DNA of 64,000 nt, taken from Tetramitus jugosus (Eukaryota > Protista > Heterolobosea). Positions 1-10,164 of the stretch are shown piece by piece. The DNA is taken from positions 310,001 to 374,000 of the forward strand of contig OW569379.1 of the NCBI GenBank assembly GCA_937625935.1. The letters are read 5' to 3'. Within the stretch, counting starts at the first letter, position 1. Each line of letters begins with the position of its first letter. A program made the position numbers and the translations under genes. A model generated the notes under the pieces. It worked only from the letters and a program-made list of their open reading frames with translations, was not told the origin of the DNA and made no database searches.

Positions 1-2
1 CC

Positions 3-605
3 ATTCTCTCATCATCATCATCTGCGTCATCTACTATGAACAAGCAAGCATTGACACACAATCAGCGTTACGTCGCTACTCAATCATTGACAAATGAGAA
101 TGTGACACCTCATCTTTTCTCTGACAATTCTGCTTACAATAATGGCAGCAGTACCGACAGCAACAACAAGTTTGATGCATCTGCTATTCTTTCGAGTCTC
201 AAGCCAAGAAGCATCTTGAAAAAAGTTCAGGAGCAATTGCAGAATCAACAACAGGAAGATGGTTCATCTGACAAGAGCCACATGACAAAAAAGGTGAGCA
301 ACATGACGACCAAGACTAGTGCCACAGTGAAAGAGCCTCGTACACCACCTGGATCACCACCAGCTGATCTCTATGTGAGACAAAAGGCACTCATCATGAA
401 AGAACAACAACAACAAGCCAATCGAAAGAGAGCAAGAGAAGAAGAACGAGCAACAATGACAACAGCAGCAACTGATGAAGACGAAACGACAGGAAGCACT
501 AAATCATTGGATGTCATTTCTCCAAAACGAGCCAAAATCACTCACGATGAAAATCAAAGCCACGATTCATCTGCTTCTGGACGCGACACCACTGATCATC
601 AATAA
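3..605 (+). CDS. Low-complexity hypothetical protein, probably the 3' part of a gene starting before the window
   Basis: The ORF 36..605 frame stays open back to the window edge (ILSSSSASST-M). Ser/Thr/Gln-rich with an RKRAR NLS-like patch; AATAAA overlaps the stop. Confidence 0.5.
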   Translation: MLSSSSSASSTMNKQALTHNQRYVATQSLTNENVTPHLFSDNSAYNNGSSTDSNNKFDASAILSSLKPRSILKKVQEQLQNQQQEDGSSDKSHMTKKVSNMTTKTSATVKEPRTPPGSPPADLYVRQKALIMKEQQQQANRKRAREEERATMTTAATDEDETTGSTKSLDVISPKRAKITHDENQSHDSSASGRDTTDHQ

Positions 606-801
606 TAAAAAAACTGGAAATGTATTGATGTAAAATAACCAAAGCGATTTGGTAATTGTATTAGATTGATGGATGGAGGAAATGGGTGGAAAAGTAAGGT
701 TCAGAGTGGTGTGGTAGGGGATATCATTGATGGATGAGACTACATGATCACAGATGACATGCCATCATATATAGTGGTTCAAGTCGTTCTTGAGTAGTCT
801 T

Positions 802-1615
802 TCAAATATCAAATGCACTCTCTCGTGCCAACAGCAGTGCCATTTGTGCTTCCTTGTACTCTTTCTGTTCTTGTAGAATCTGAGGAAGACTGACTCGATT
901 CAATGACTGACTCTGTTCCATTTGTTGTTCCAGTGCCTCATCAATCTCTCCCATCAACACTACATTCTCACCTCGAACCATGTACAACCCGAGTGGAAAA
1001 TCACCAAAGTTCTTCTCTACGACAATACGCTCCACGGTGTCTTCGAGGACCATGTTCGCAAATTGATCATAACTCCTCAATGTTCCAATCAACTTTTTTC
1101 CATCTCTCAAAATAATCATGACTCGATCTATAAATGTTACCATGTTATCATGTGTGTGCATCAATTGTCATTTTTCATCATTATCATCAATTCATTCACA
1201 TGTGTGTTGTTCACAGAAAGATTTTTCATACATGATCATGTTGTTTGTAATACGTGTGGTTGTCCACAAGAGAGAAAGGAAAGATGAGTTTTTTTGTTCT
1301 TCTTCTTCGTCAATAACAGTAGTGCACGTCTCATAGAGGACGATCATCTGTGAAAACAGAAAAAAAAAGCGACGACGACAACAACAACATACGGTCAATG
1401 TGATCAGAGAGACTCGCGGCACCTGGGAAGAAATAAGTGGAATCGACAGCATTGTGAGAATCGTGATGATGATGCTGATGATGTTGTTGTTGTTGCTGAT
1501 GAGAGGATTGCTGGTGGTGGTGTTGATGAGAGGTTTGTTGTTTGTTGGAGTGTTGTTGCTTTCTGGATGCACCACCACTGCCAGAGGATGAAGATTTGTT
1601 GTCTCGGGTTCTCAT
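802..1615 (-). CDS. LSM1: Sm-like protein LSm1 (mRNA decay); 2 exons: 1615-1393, 1127-802
   Basis: FPGAASLSDHID joined via a GTATGT...TTTATAG intron (1392-1128) to HRVMIILRDGKKLIGTLRSYDQFANMVLEDTVERI...YMVRGENVVLMGEID, giving the Sm1/Sm2 motifs with the LSm1-specific PGxASL N-terminus. Confidence 0.9.
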
Positions 1616-1738
1616 TCCAATTGTTTACTATGTGTGTATTATCGTTATGATCAGAATTGTTTTTTTGTTAACAAGGCGGACCGGAGAAATAAAAATAACA
1701 GACCGTGAAGGATCCCATCATTCTGGTTGTGTTGCGTT

Positions 1739-4700
1739 TTACAAACTCTTATTCTTTCTTTCATGCTTTTTCTTTCTTTTAGCATCGACACGAACAAGTT
1801 GTTTCGCAAGGGATCGATCAGTTAGGTTGACATCATACTCGTCCTCTTGTTGATCGGTCATCGATGCATACCAGCCTCTGTGACGCCCAGCAATCATGGT
1901 AATGACAATCATCACCTTGGAGAACTTGTTAAGGGCTGAGGAGAAGGCGAGTACTGTGTCAGGGAATCCAATGGACAATCCTACATTACCAAAGGCAGAG
2001 ATCACCTCAAACACAATTCTTAACAAGTTCATGCTTGGATTATTAATTCCTTTGTGGGATTCTGAGATTGCAATGATGAAAATACTGAGAGCAATCCATG
2101 AATTGTTCTTACTCATCAATTTTCGAGTGTGGTATGAGAAATGCTTCCATAGACGCTGAATAAACTCTTTTGCTCGCTTGGTTGGCGAGAACACATCCTT
2201 CTCTGTGATGTCCACACCTCTGTCCTCTGTTTTCTTCATATCAACCACAATAGAGAGTGACTCACTATGAGTGTCCTTGAGTTTGCTTGATAAAGACTTT
2301 AAGCTCTTGCTCAACTGCTTGGATGCTTCTGTTTGTTGTGGGGCACTTTCACCAGGTTCTCCATCGGTTTTCAGCTGATGAACAATATCAACAATCTTGT
2401 AGGCATTCTCACGGAGACCACATGCCATTTGGGACTTGATTCTCATCATCAACAAGTAAACACAGATGCTCGCCATAGACAGAACACTAAAGTCAATTGA
2501 TTGGAAACCTCCAGTACGTGCTGAGCACGCATGGAAGAAGGAAATCACAAACTGGACACGGAATGGCTGACCCTGATATGCGCCATTGTTATGATCCATG
2601 ATAAGTGGGGTAGCTACGCCCAAAATGAGCAAGGCAAAACTGATGAGCAGATAGGCTCTTGTTTGAATGCCAGGGAATAGATGCAATGACAAGTGATGAT
2701 GCTTTTCGAGCATGTACTTGAAAACGAGCTTGTACCGTCTGGAGAATTTGTAACAAGTGAAGATCATCAATCTGAGAATGATCGGGAATCCAGTGTTACC
2801 AATCAGGATGACGAATGCAATGATGAGGCAAATGTCAGCATTGTGCACAAATCGACTGACACTATCCGAGAATGGTGCCATACCAACGTTGTTAAATGCA
2901 GACACAATGAAGAATGCAGAGACCCACCACGGATTCTTATCCAATAGTTTGCTCCTGACGTTTGTGAGAGCACCTGCCAGTGCAATCCATGCAACGAGAT
3001 GAACAGTGCCAATGAAGATTAGTGTCAAGACTAGCAACCACACCAGAGCAGTATACTCAATATCCGTATAAGGAATCGACTCAAAGTAATCATAACTCGC
3101 CTCCTGTGTAAAGTAATTCTTGACCGCCTCGGGCCAATATCCTGGGTTGAACTTTTTCAAATCGAAATTGGCAGATGAAAAATATTGCTTCACATTGTCC
3201 GGCAGTTGTTCAAATTTCTCTGGCTCCATATGAGTGGCATTCGAGTAGTTGCTCATTGCATCTTCATCTTCCCAAAACTCTACATCGTTGGCATGTTGAT
3301 TCATATTGTAGTGTTCATTGTGTTGTTTCAATTGAAGTGTCGAAATGCCACCATAGTTGTTTGAAAATTGTGAAGGACTCAATGGTGTTGATGGGACAGA
3401 AGACTTGTTGACATCAGCAGTACCGACGGACACGGGAGAAGTAGTTCTGCTATCGTTGTTGGGCATATCAAAAGACGCAGGCAGTGAAACTTGAATATCG
3501 AGATCATCATCCTGCTGCACTTGCTGTTGCTTCTTCTCCAGATCCTTCTTATCCACAATCGGTGATGTGTGTGGAGATATAGGTGCAGTGGTGAATTGAC
3601 TCTGATGATTTTCGTTTCCAGTTGGTGTGAAACGAACATGTGAGGCGTGATCATTGCTCAAAGCACTCGTATCACTCAACGTATTGAAATAATAGTGCTC
3701 ATCTCCACTGAGATAGGCACTATGACTATGAGTGTCAACATTAGTGGGTGATACCAATGTGATGTCCTTGTTCTCTACTGGTGTTGTCTCTTGTGATGCT
3801 GCTTCTACTGGTGTTCTTCTTCTTCTTGTTCTTCTTTGTCGTCTTCTTCTCACAGAGTGATCATTATTGTCATTCGTCTCATGATCATCACCATAATAGT
3901 AGTGTTGTTGAGCTGAATGTGCGTGCATAGAGTCAAGTGCACTCTGTGTCATTTGATTTCTCAAATAAATGACTCTTTCCATGCGTTTCGCAATCATTCT
4001 TCTTCGTGCTCTCCTAATCTTGACAAACAGTGGGAACAGTGCAGTGAACCAGATGCCACCGCTCAACATGGACAAGAATAGGACAATTTGAGTGCCGACA
4101 CGTGTGTCTTCAATCGGCTGCACCAGAAATCCACTGAGACACAGTGCACTGAACGAGTGATACATGCTATCGACCCAATTCCACTTCATATTGTTTCGTT
4201 CAATCAAATAAATTAACACACTCCACAACAGTCCTACACTGACCAAATAAAGGGTCAACAAGATGAAAAAATAGTGCTGTTTCCAATACTTTTCCGCTCT
4301 GCCCAATGTGAAGAATTCTTTGAGGAATCGGAGGAGACCAGTCACGTCATTCGATACGAGAACAGGCTGATATTCACGCGAGGGATTCAATTCACCATCA
4401 TCTTTCAATCCATCCTTTAACAGTCGACTCTCAATGGTTTGGTCTTTTGAATGTTGATCATCTACACTTGTGATGGGAATGTTGACTTGTTGTTGTTGTG
4501 ATTGTTGTTGTGATGGTACTTGTGGTGATGATGATGATGCTTGATGGTGGTGGTGGTGGTGATCATCATCATCATCAACTCCCAATGAAGATATGGTGTC
4601 ATCATAGTGCTGATTCGGATACAGTTCATCAAGTGAAGTGTATGAGATGACTGTCAATAAATCTTCACTGTGATGCACGACTGGTGGTGCAGCACATGAT

Positions 4701-4990
4701 GAGTCATCACTCATGTATCCACTTTGATTATTATTGTTATGATGATGATGATTGTTGGTAGTAGGAGAGCGATCCATGATGGTTGGTAAGGATATATCAT
4801 CTAATCCGACTTGAATGTCCATGTTATCATCATCATCATTGTCGTAATCATGACTATCATGACTATTGTGGCTATTATGATTGCTGTTGTTGTTGTTGTT
4901 GTTGTGGTGGTAGTCACTAGTAGGAAGCGCTGACGATGATGGTGATGTTGGTTGTGAAGAACCACTAGTAGGAGGGGTTCCGCTTTGCAT
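1739..4990 (-). CDS. Trk/HKT-family K+ transporter
   Basis: Four M-P-M pore motifs: SALCLSGF, SAFNNVGM, SARTGGFQSID, SAFGNVGLSIG, plus terminal MIAGRHRG. Large hydrophilic loop as in fungal Trk. Confidence 0.9.
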   Translation of the reverse strand: MQSGTPPTSGSSQPTSPSSSALPTSDYHHNNNNNNSNHNSHNSHDSHDYDNDDDDNMDIQVGLDDISLPTIMDRSPTTNNHHHHNNNNQSGYMSDDSSCAAPPVVHHSEDLLTVISYTSLDELYPNQHYDDTISSLGVDDDDDHHHHHHQASSSSPQVPSQQQSQQQQVNIPITSVDDQHSKDQTIESRLLKDGLKDDGELNPSREYQPVLVSNDVTGLLRFLKEFFTLGRAEKYWKQHYFFILLTLYLVSVGLLWSVLIYLIERNNMKWNWVDSMYHSFSALCLSGFLVQPIEDTRVGTQIVLFLSMLSGGIWFTALFPLFVKIRRARRRMIAKRMERVIYLRNQMTQSALDSMHAHSAQQHYYYGDDHETNDNNDHSVRRRRQRRTRRRRTPVEAASQETTPVENKDITLVSPTNVDTHSHSAYLSGDEHYYFNTLSDTSALSNDHASHVRFTPTGNENHQSQFTTAPISPHTSPIVDKKDLEKKQQQVQQDDDLDIQVSLPASFDMPNNDSRTTSPVSVGTADVNKSSVPSTPLSPSQFSNNYGGISTLQLKQHNEHYNMNQHANDVEFWEDEDAMSNYSNATHMEPEKFEQLPDNVKQYFSSANFDLKKFNPGYWPEAVKNYFTQEASYDYFESIPYTDIEYTALVWLLVLTLIFIGTVHLVAWIALAGALTNVRSKLLDKNPWWVSAFFIVSAFNNVGMAPFSDSVSRFVHNADICLIIAFVILIGNTGFPIILRLMIFTCYKFSRRYKLVFKYMLEKHHHLSLHLFPGIQTRAYLLISFALLILGVATPLIMDHNNGAYQGQPFRVQFVISFFHACSARTGGFQSIDFSVLSMASICVYLLMMRIKSQMACGLRENAYKIVDIVHQLKTDGEPGESAPQQTEASKQLSKSLKSLSSKLKDTHSESLSIVVDMKKTEDRGVDITEKDVFSPTKRAKEFIQRLWKHFSYHTRKLMSKNNSWIALSIFIIAISESHKGINNPSMNLLRIVFEVISAFGNVGLSIGFPDTVLAFSSALNKFSKVMIVITMIAGRHRGWYASMTDQQEDEYDVNLTDRSLAKQLVRVDAKRKKKHERKNKSL

Positions 4991-5185
4991 GTTTCCAATG
5001 CGCTACCATGCAATGTTGTTTTTGTTGTTGATGTTTGATTCTTTGTTTTTATGTGCGTGTTTCTTCAAAGAGACCATTTTGCGATTCCGGCTCAAAAATA
5101 ACATGTTTCTGGATATTTTGCGAGAGTCGTGCCAAAAGGATAATTGTATTTTGGTGGTTCGATTGGCTCATAGAGCACAGCATAT

Positions 5186-6365
5186 TTATTTACGTTGTTG
5201 TGGTACTCCCACGTCCTCTTCCTCATTGTTGTCCTTTTCTTGCGCAGCCTTGTAGTCCTGTGGATTCTTTGGTTTGCTCTTGTATGGCAAATCAGGGAAC
5301 CTAATTTTGTAAATGGGAGCAATGTCTCTCCACACCTTCTCCTCAATCTCCAAATCCTTGATGATACCTGTTCCCAAGTCGTATACCCAGCCATGCACAT
5401 GCAACTCCTGACCAGTCTTCCAAGCTCTCTGAACAATGCTAGTCTTGCACAAGTTCAATGCCTGTTCAACAACATTGAGCTCAACCAACAGATTGAATCT
5501 TTCTTCGAATGTCTCTGTGGCATCGAGCTTATCCTTGTGAAGTCTCTGAACGTCCTTGATGTTTCCGAGCCACTTGTCAATCAGTCCATGAGCCGTGTGC
5601 TCCATGGATGCCAACACTCCTCCGCACTTGTAATGACCCATGACAATCACATGCTTCACCTTGAGTACTTCGACTGCGTATTGCAGAACGGACATGACAT
5701 TGAGATCAGTGTTCACCACTAGATTGGCCACATCTATGTTTTTGAGTATTTTTACAAACAAACACAACAGGGTTGTTTTGAAAAGAAATGCCATGTAAGA
5801 AACCTGTGTGCACTTGACAAACAAATACAAATGAACAGTTCATTCGCACATACTTCTGTGAATAAAGATATCACCTGGTTGAGTCATTGTCAACTGATCC
5901 GGTGGCACTCTAGAGTCAGAACAACCAATGAGCATATAGTTTGGTGTTTGACTCTTGTTTGCCATGTCAGAAAAGTAATTTTCATCCAGAGCCAACTATG
6001 ATCATGTATGTGTCAGATACCAATCAAGTAGTTACAGAATAGAAACATGAGTACCATCATTTGATCTTCGTACTTACCTTTCTTTTCACAAATTCTCTGT
6101 TTCCTTCAAAGAGCTTCTGATATGTTTCATCTGTTCGGCCAGGATTCACTGCCGATGATGACTCCTTGTTTGTTTCATGATGTTGATGACGATGATGATC
6201 GCAACATGAGCCATCCTTTTGGTGGGTCATGCAACGATTTTGATGAAAGGTGCGAAGTGTAGTTGCGCTCGCGAATCGATGACGTTGTGAAAACACGCAA
6301 GAGTGAGTGCTTTTCTTGATCAAAGATGAAAAGAGTTGGACATTTCTTTGATTACTCATCATCAT
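5186..6365 (-). CDS. Beta-class carbonic anhydrase with probable mitochondrial transit peptide; exons 6365-6078, 5995-5854, 5733-5186
   Basis: Spliced product has IGCSDSRVP, FIHRNVANL and GHYKCGGV (Zn ligands CxDxR, HxxC). Introns 6077-5996 (GTAAGT..CATAG) and 5853-5734 (GTATGT..CATAG) keep the frame. Arg/Ser-rich N-terminus. Confidence 0.93.
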
Positions 6366-6936
6366 CCTCTATGTATCTATGTATCAAACTGTTTTTGTTT
6401 TTGTTGAGGTTGTGAGTCGTTGGTTGTTGGAATTTTGATCGAGCACCCCACAATTCACAAACTACCGTCGGATGGGTTCATCCAGGATGTTTTTGTTCGA
6501 TCGCATCCGGTGTCGTGACGATCTGATACCCGCAATCAACATCATGAAATATCCATTTCGTCACCTCTCCTCTTGGTTGTGCTCGGTGAATCGAAAGTTG
6601 AATTCCGCGAATATTGAGATATCATTTTGCATGCTCTCAAAACGTTTTGTGCATGTCATGTCACACAACAACAATGCTTATTGTTCCAAGCGAAGTCAAA
6701 TAATTCTCCTCGAAACGTGTTGGGCAACTCCGAGCTACGTTTTTTCAGCTCAAGTTGTTTTTCTTGTCGGGCCAAAAAACACGTGATCCACACGAATCTG
6801 GGCTGACAACCAAAAATTATTGTTCAATCACTGTGTGTGCTGAGAGTCTCCCACAAGATCGAAACAACCTCAACAACACAACATTAATAACATCTACCTA
6901 CCTTTACACATTATACCTGTAGAATGAAGCAATATC

Positions 6937-9921
6937 ATGACAAACAACAACAACAACAACAACAAGAATAAGAACAACAACCGTGATGAAGATCACACAA
7001 CTCCAAAGAATGGAACGGATATGAGTCACTTGCTGTCCTCATCCACTTCCTCTCCGTCGACAAGGACTCCTGTTGATCATCATGTGATTGACACAACCAC
7101 ACCAACAACAACAACAATGAAAACATTGACCAGTAGTGCACTACCAATGAAGCGAGAACAAGTGATTGAAATTGTGTTTGCAAAGTATCAGTCATTGCTC
7201 ACTCAATTGAATGAACATGCTTCTGTTCAACAACACCTCAAGAGCGGCGATGATCCTCATCATGACAATAGCAGTACGACTCGGGATAGCTCCAAGAATG
7301 GTGTCGATTTCTTCAATTTTACCAATTTTTATCACATGTTGAAACGTGAGTTGAAAATCAAGTTGAAATCATCTGCACCAGCAGAATACAATCACTTGAT
7401 TGCACAGTCCAATTATCATCTCTCAAAAATGTATTATCGAGAGTTGATGAACTATTGTAATCGAATGAAGAATGATCGGTTGAACGATGAATTGTCCTCT
7501 GTGTTTCACTGTGCCATGGCAGCAGATGATTCTGCTTCTCATTCCAAAAAGTCACTCAGTGCCAGCGGTGGTGGTTCATTCAAGAATGAAACATTAGATC
7601 ATATCGTCGCTGATGAAATGCCATTCAGTGATTTCAGTAGTCAATTGGAGGCCATGTATCCATCTAATTACGATCATTCTTCATTGCAAGACTATCAGGA
7701 CAAGGAAACCATGTCCCTCTTCTATTCCAAGGAAGAAACCAGTGCATTGGTTCATTCTTGGCCAGTTCTGTCACCGGTCAAGGATCACAGCTCAAGCATT
7801 AACAGTGGTGAAACTGAAAGATTATTGATTTCATCGAGCCATCATCGAAAACCAAACAACAATGAACACTTGTCCGAAGAAGATTTGATGTTGTTTGATC
7901 CATATGATGATCAAGATTTGGTGCCACGAGAGATTGTGAAAAAGCCATGGAGTCAGCGCATATATCGATGGGTTAGCAAGGTGTTTCCATGGTTGAATTG
8001 GATACCAGAGTACAGACATCATATTCATGATTTGAAGAGTGACTTGGTTGCTGGTATTACTGTAGGTGTCATGTTGATTCCACAGGCTATGGGTTATGCT
8101 TTGATTGGTGGATTTCCACCCATCTATGGTCTCTATACTGCGATGATTCCCATGTTTATGTACTCGTTTCTGGGAACATCGAGACAATTGTCAATTGGAC
8201 CAAGTGCAATGGTTTCATTGATTCTAATGTCCGAGCTAGAGTCTTTAGGTATCAAGATTGATCAAGATCCAGAGCTTTACATCATGTATTCTCTGATGAT
8301 TACTTTCTTCACTGGATTGACACAGTTGCTCATGGGTGTGCTGCGACTCGGATTCTTGGTCAACTTTTTGTCAATGCCCGTTATTCATGGATTTTCCTCT
8401 GCTGCTGCAATTGTGATCGGTTTGTCTCAGTTGGGTAACTTTACCGGCGTTTCTATGCCTTCAGAGAATAGAGTTCATTACATTGTTTACAACTTTGGAC
8501 GCGTGGTTCACATGATCCACTTCCCAACGCTCTTGCTGAGCATTACATCTCTTCTCCTTCTAATTTTCTTGGAGAAGTCTTACATAGAGACTGGAGAGGA
8601 GAAGAAATTGAAGATTGCTGGGCGTACATTTAAGCTACCAAGGAGATTGTCTCTAAAGTTCCTTCCTGCTCCCTTAGTAATTGTAGTAGCTGGTATCGTA
8701 GTCATGTATCTGGTGAAGGCTATTGGGCACTATGATCCATCAAACAAGGAAGTGTTTGGTATTAAGATTACAGGTCACGTTCCTCCTGGTCCTCCAAAGC
8801 CACTTGTTCCATTCATTCCTGGTTTTAACTTCGAGACGATTCTAGAGCTCAGTACAGCGTTTCTAACGATTGCTCTCGTAGTATGTGTGGAGTCCATTTC
8901 TATTGCAAAGTTTTATGCCATTCAAAAGGGTTATAACATCGACCCTAACCAAGAATTAATTGCTTTGGGTATGGCTAGTACGCTTGGTGCATTCTTCCGA
9001 GCATTACCAGCCAACACGTCCCTTGCAAGAACTGCGGTGAATTCAAATTCGGGAGCTGTCACTCAGCTCTCTGGTTTCGTGAGTGCCGTGTTTGTGCTGA
9101 TCTCGCTATGGATACTCACTCCTCTCTTTTACTACTTGCCTAATGCTGTTCTGGCTGCACTTATCATATTCAGTTGCTCAAAATTGATTCATCTGGATCA
9201 AGTACTGTTCACTTTTAAGACAAAGAAAAGGGATTGCGTGGCTCTTGTTTTGGCTTTTGCTGGTTCTATGTTCATTGGTATCAAGGAGGGTGTTTTGATT
9301 GCTGCCTTAGCTTCCTTGGTGCTATTTATTCTGAGATCCACTCGACCGCGATTTCATATCTTGGGAAGACGACCTGGAACCACTGCATACCTCGAAGTCA
9401 AGCGTTGGAAGGATTGCAAGGAGATTCCTGGTATTTTAGTCATGAGATTTGACAGTGATCTCTGGTTTGCTAATGTATCTTTCTTCACCGAACAACTCCA
9501 TAGAGCGATTAGAAAGTCTCCCTATCCAGTGTATGCTGTTGTGCTGGATTGTTCAGGAATTAACCAGGTTGACTCCACTGCTGTGAATAGCATGAAATCA
9601 TTGAAGGAGAGTCTTGATGGATTACAGATTTCACTTTTTATCGCTCAAATGAAGAGGTCTATGCGAGTGGTTATGAAACGAGGTGGTATCAATTCTGTCA
9701 TGAAGAAAGAAGAACATTTCTTTGATCACTTGCATGATGCTGTACTTCATGCAGAGAATATTACTCGAAAGAGGAGAATAGCCGAGTTATCAAAGAATGG
9801 TACGAGCAAACTAACTGATTCAGAGATTAGTCAGAGTGCTTTTGTCATTTCAGTGGATGAAGGTTCGCCATCGACCATGGAGAACATCTCACCCTACACT
9901 CCTGTTCAAACAGGCGAGTAA
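6937..9921 (+). CDS. SLC26/SulP anion transporter with STAS domain (paralogue 1)
   Basis: DLVAGITVGVMLIPQAMGYA, PPIYGLY, GTSRQLSIGP, NQELIALG; C-terminal STAS (LDCSGINQVDSTAV). Confidence 0.95.
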   Translation: MTNNNNNNNKNKNNNRDEDHTTPKNGTDMSHLLSSSTSSPSTRTPVDHHVIDTTTPTTTTMKTLTSSALPMKREQVIEIVFAKYQSLLTQLNEHASVQQHLKSGDDPHHDNSSTTRDSSKNGVDFFNFTNFYHMLKRELKIKLKSSAPAEYNHLIAQSNYHLSKMYYRELMNYCNRMKNDRLNDELSSVFHCAMAADDSASHSKKSLSASGGGSFKNETLDHIVADEMPFSDFSSQLEAMYPSNYDHSSLQDYQDKETMSLFYSKEETSALVHSWPVLSPVKDHSSSINSGETERLLISSSHHRKPNNNEHLSEEDLMLFDPYDDQDLVPREIVKKPWSQRIYRWVSKVFPWLNWIPEYRHHIHDLKSDLVAGITVGVMLIPQAMGYALIGGFPPIYGLYTAMIPMFMYSFLGTSRQLSIGPSAMVSLILMSELESLGIKIDQDPELYIMYSLMITFFTGLTQLLMGVLRLGFLVNFLSMPVIHGFSSAAAIVIGLSQLGNFTGVSMPSENRVHYIVYNFGRVVHMIHFPTLLLSITSLLLLIFLEKSYIETGEEKKLKIAGRTFKLPRRLSLKFLPAPLVIVVAGIVVMYLVKAIGHYDPSNKEVFGIKITGHVPPGPPKPLVPFIPGFNFETILELSTAFLTIALVVCVESISIAKFYAIQKGYNIDPNQELIALGMASTLGAFFRALPANTSLARTAVNSNSGAVTQLSGFVSAVFVLISLWILTPLFYYLPNAVLAALIIFSCSKLIHLDQVLFTFKTKKRDCVALVLAFAGSMFIGIKEGVLIAALASLVLFILRSTRPRFHILGRRPGTTAYLEVKRWKDCKEIPGILVMRFDSDLWFANVSFFTEQLHRAIRKSPYPVYAVVLDCSGINQVDSTAVNSMKSLKESLDGLQISLFIAQMKRSMRVVMKRGGINSVMKKEEHFFDHLHDAVLHAENITRKRRIAELSKNGTSKLTDSEISQSAFVISVDEGSPSTMENISPYTPVQTGE

Positions 9922-10164
9922 CTTTGGAATATTCAGAATAAAGCCATAGATGTCAAAATGTTCAATAACAACCAGATCAGCTCTTACAGACCTCCATTCG
10001 GAATTCCTACACCATACGTTTTTCTGTATGGACAATATTTCGCGCAATCCTCAGGAATTCGCGCAATTTTTTTCTCCGAGAATGGAGATATCACCATAAG
10101 AATCTGTTGTGTGTCAAAAACGAAGCTTTCATCAGCAATCGAAACACACATTCAACAACAGACA

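Noticed and set aside
4125-4160. Ser in the first Trk pore loop suggesting a Na+-selective HKT1 type
   Set aside because: SALCLSGF has Gly at the diagnostic position (as in TVSGL), so the filter is G-G-G-G.
9958-10164. Long N-terminal extensions from the ORF track (also 20910, 21895, 36504, 48228)
   Set aside because: Mostly TTG/GTG starts running through promoter-like DNA; downstream ATGs in A-rich context fit the homologous proteins better.
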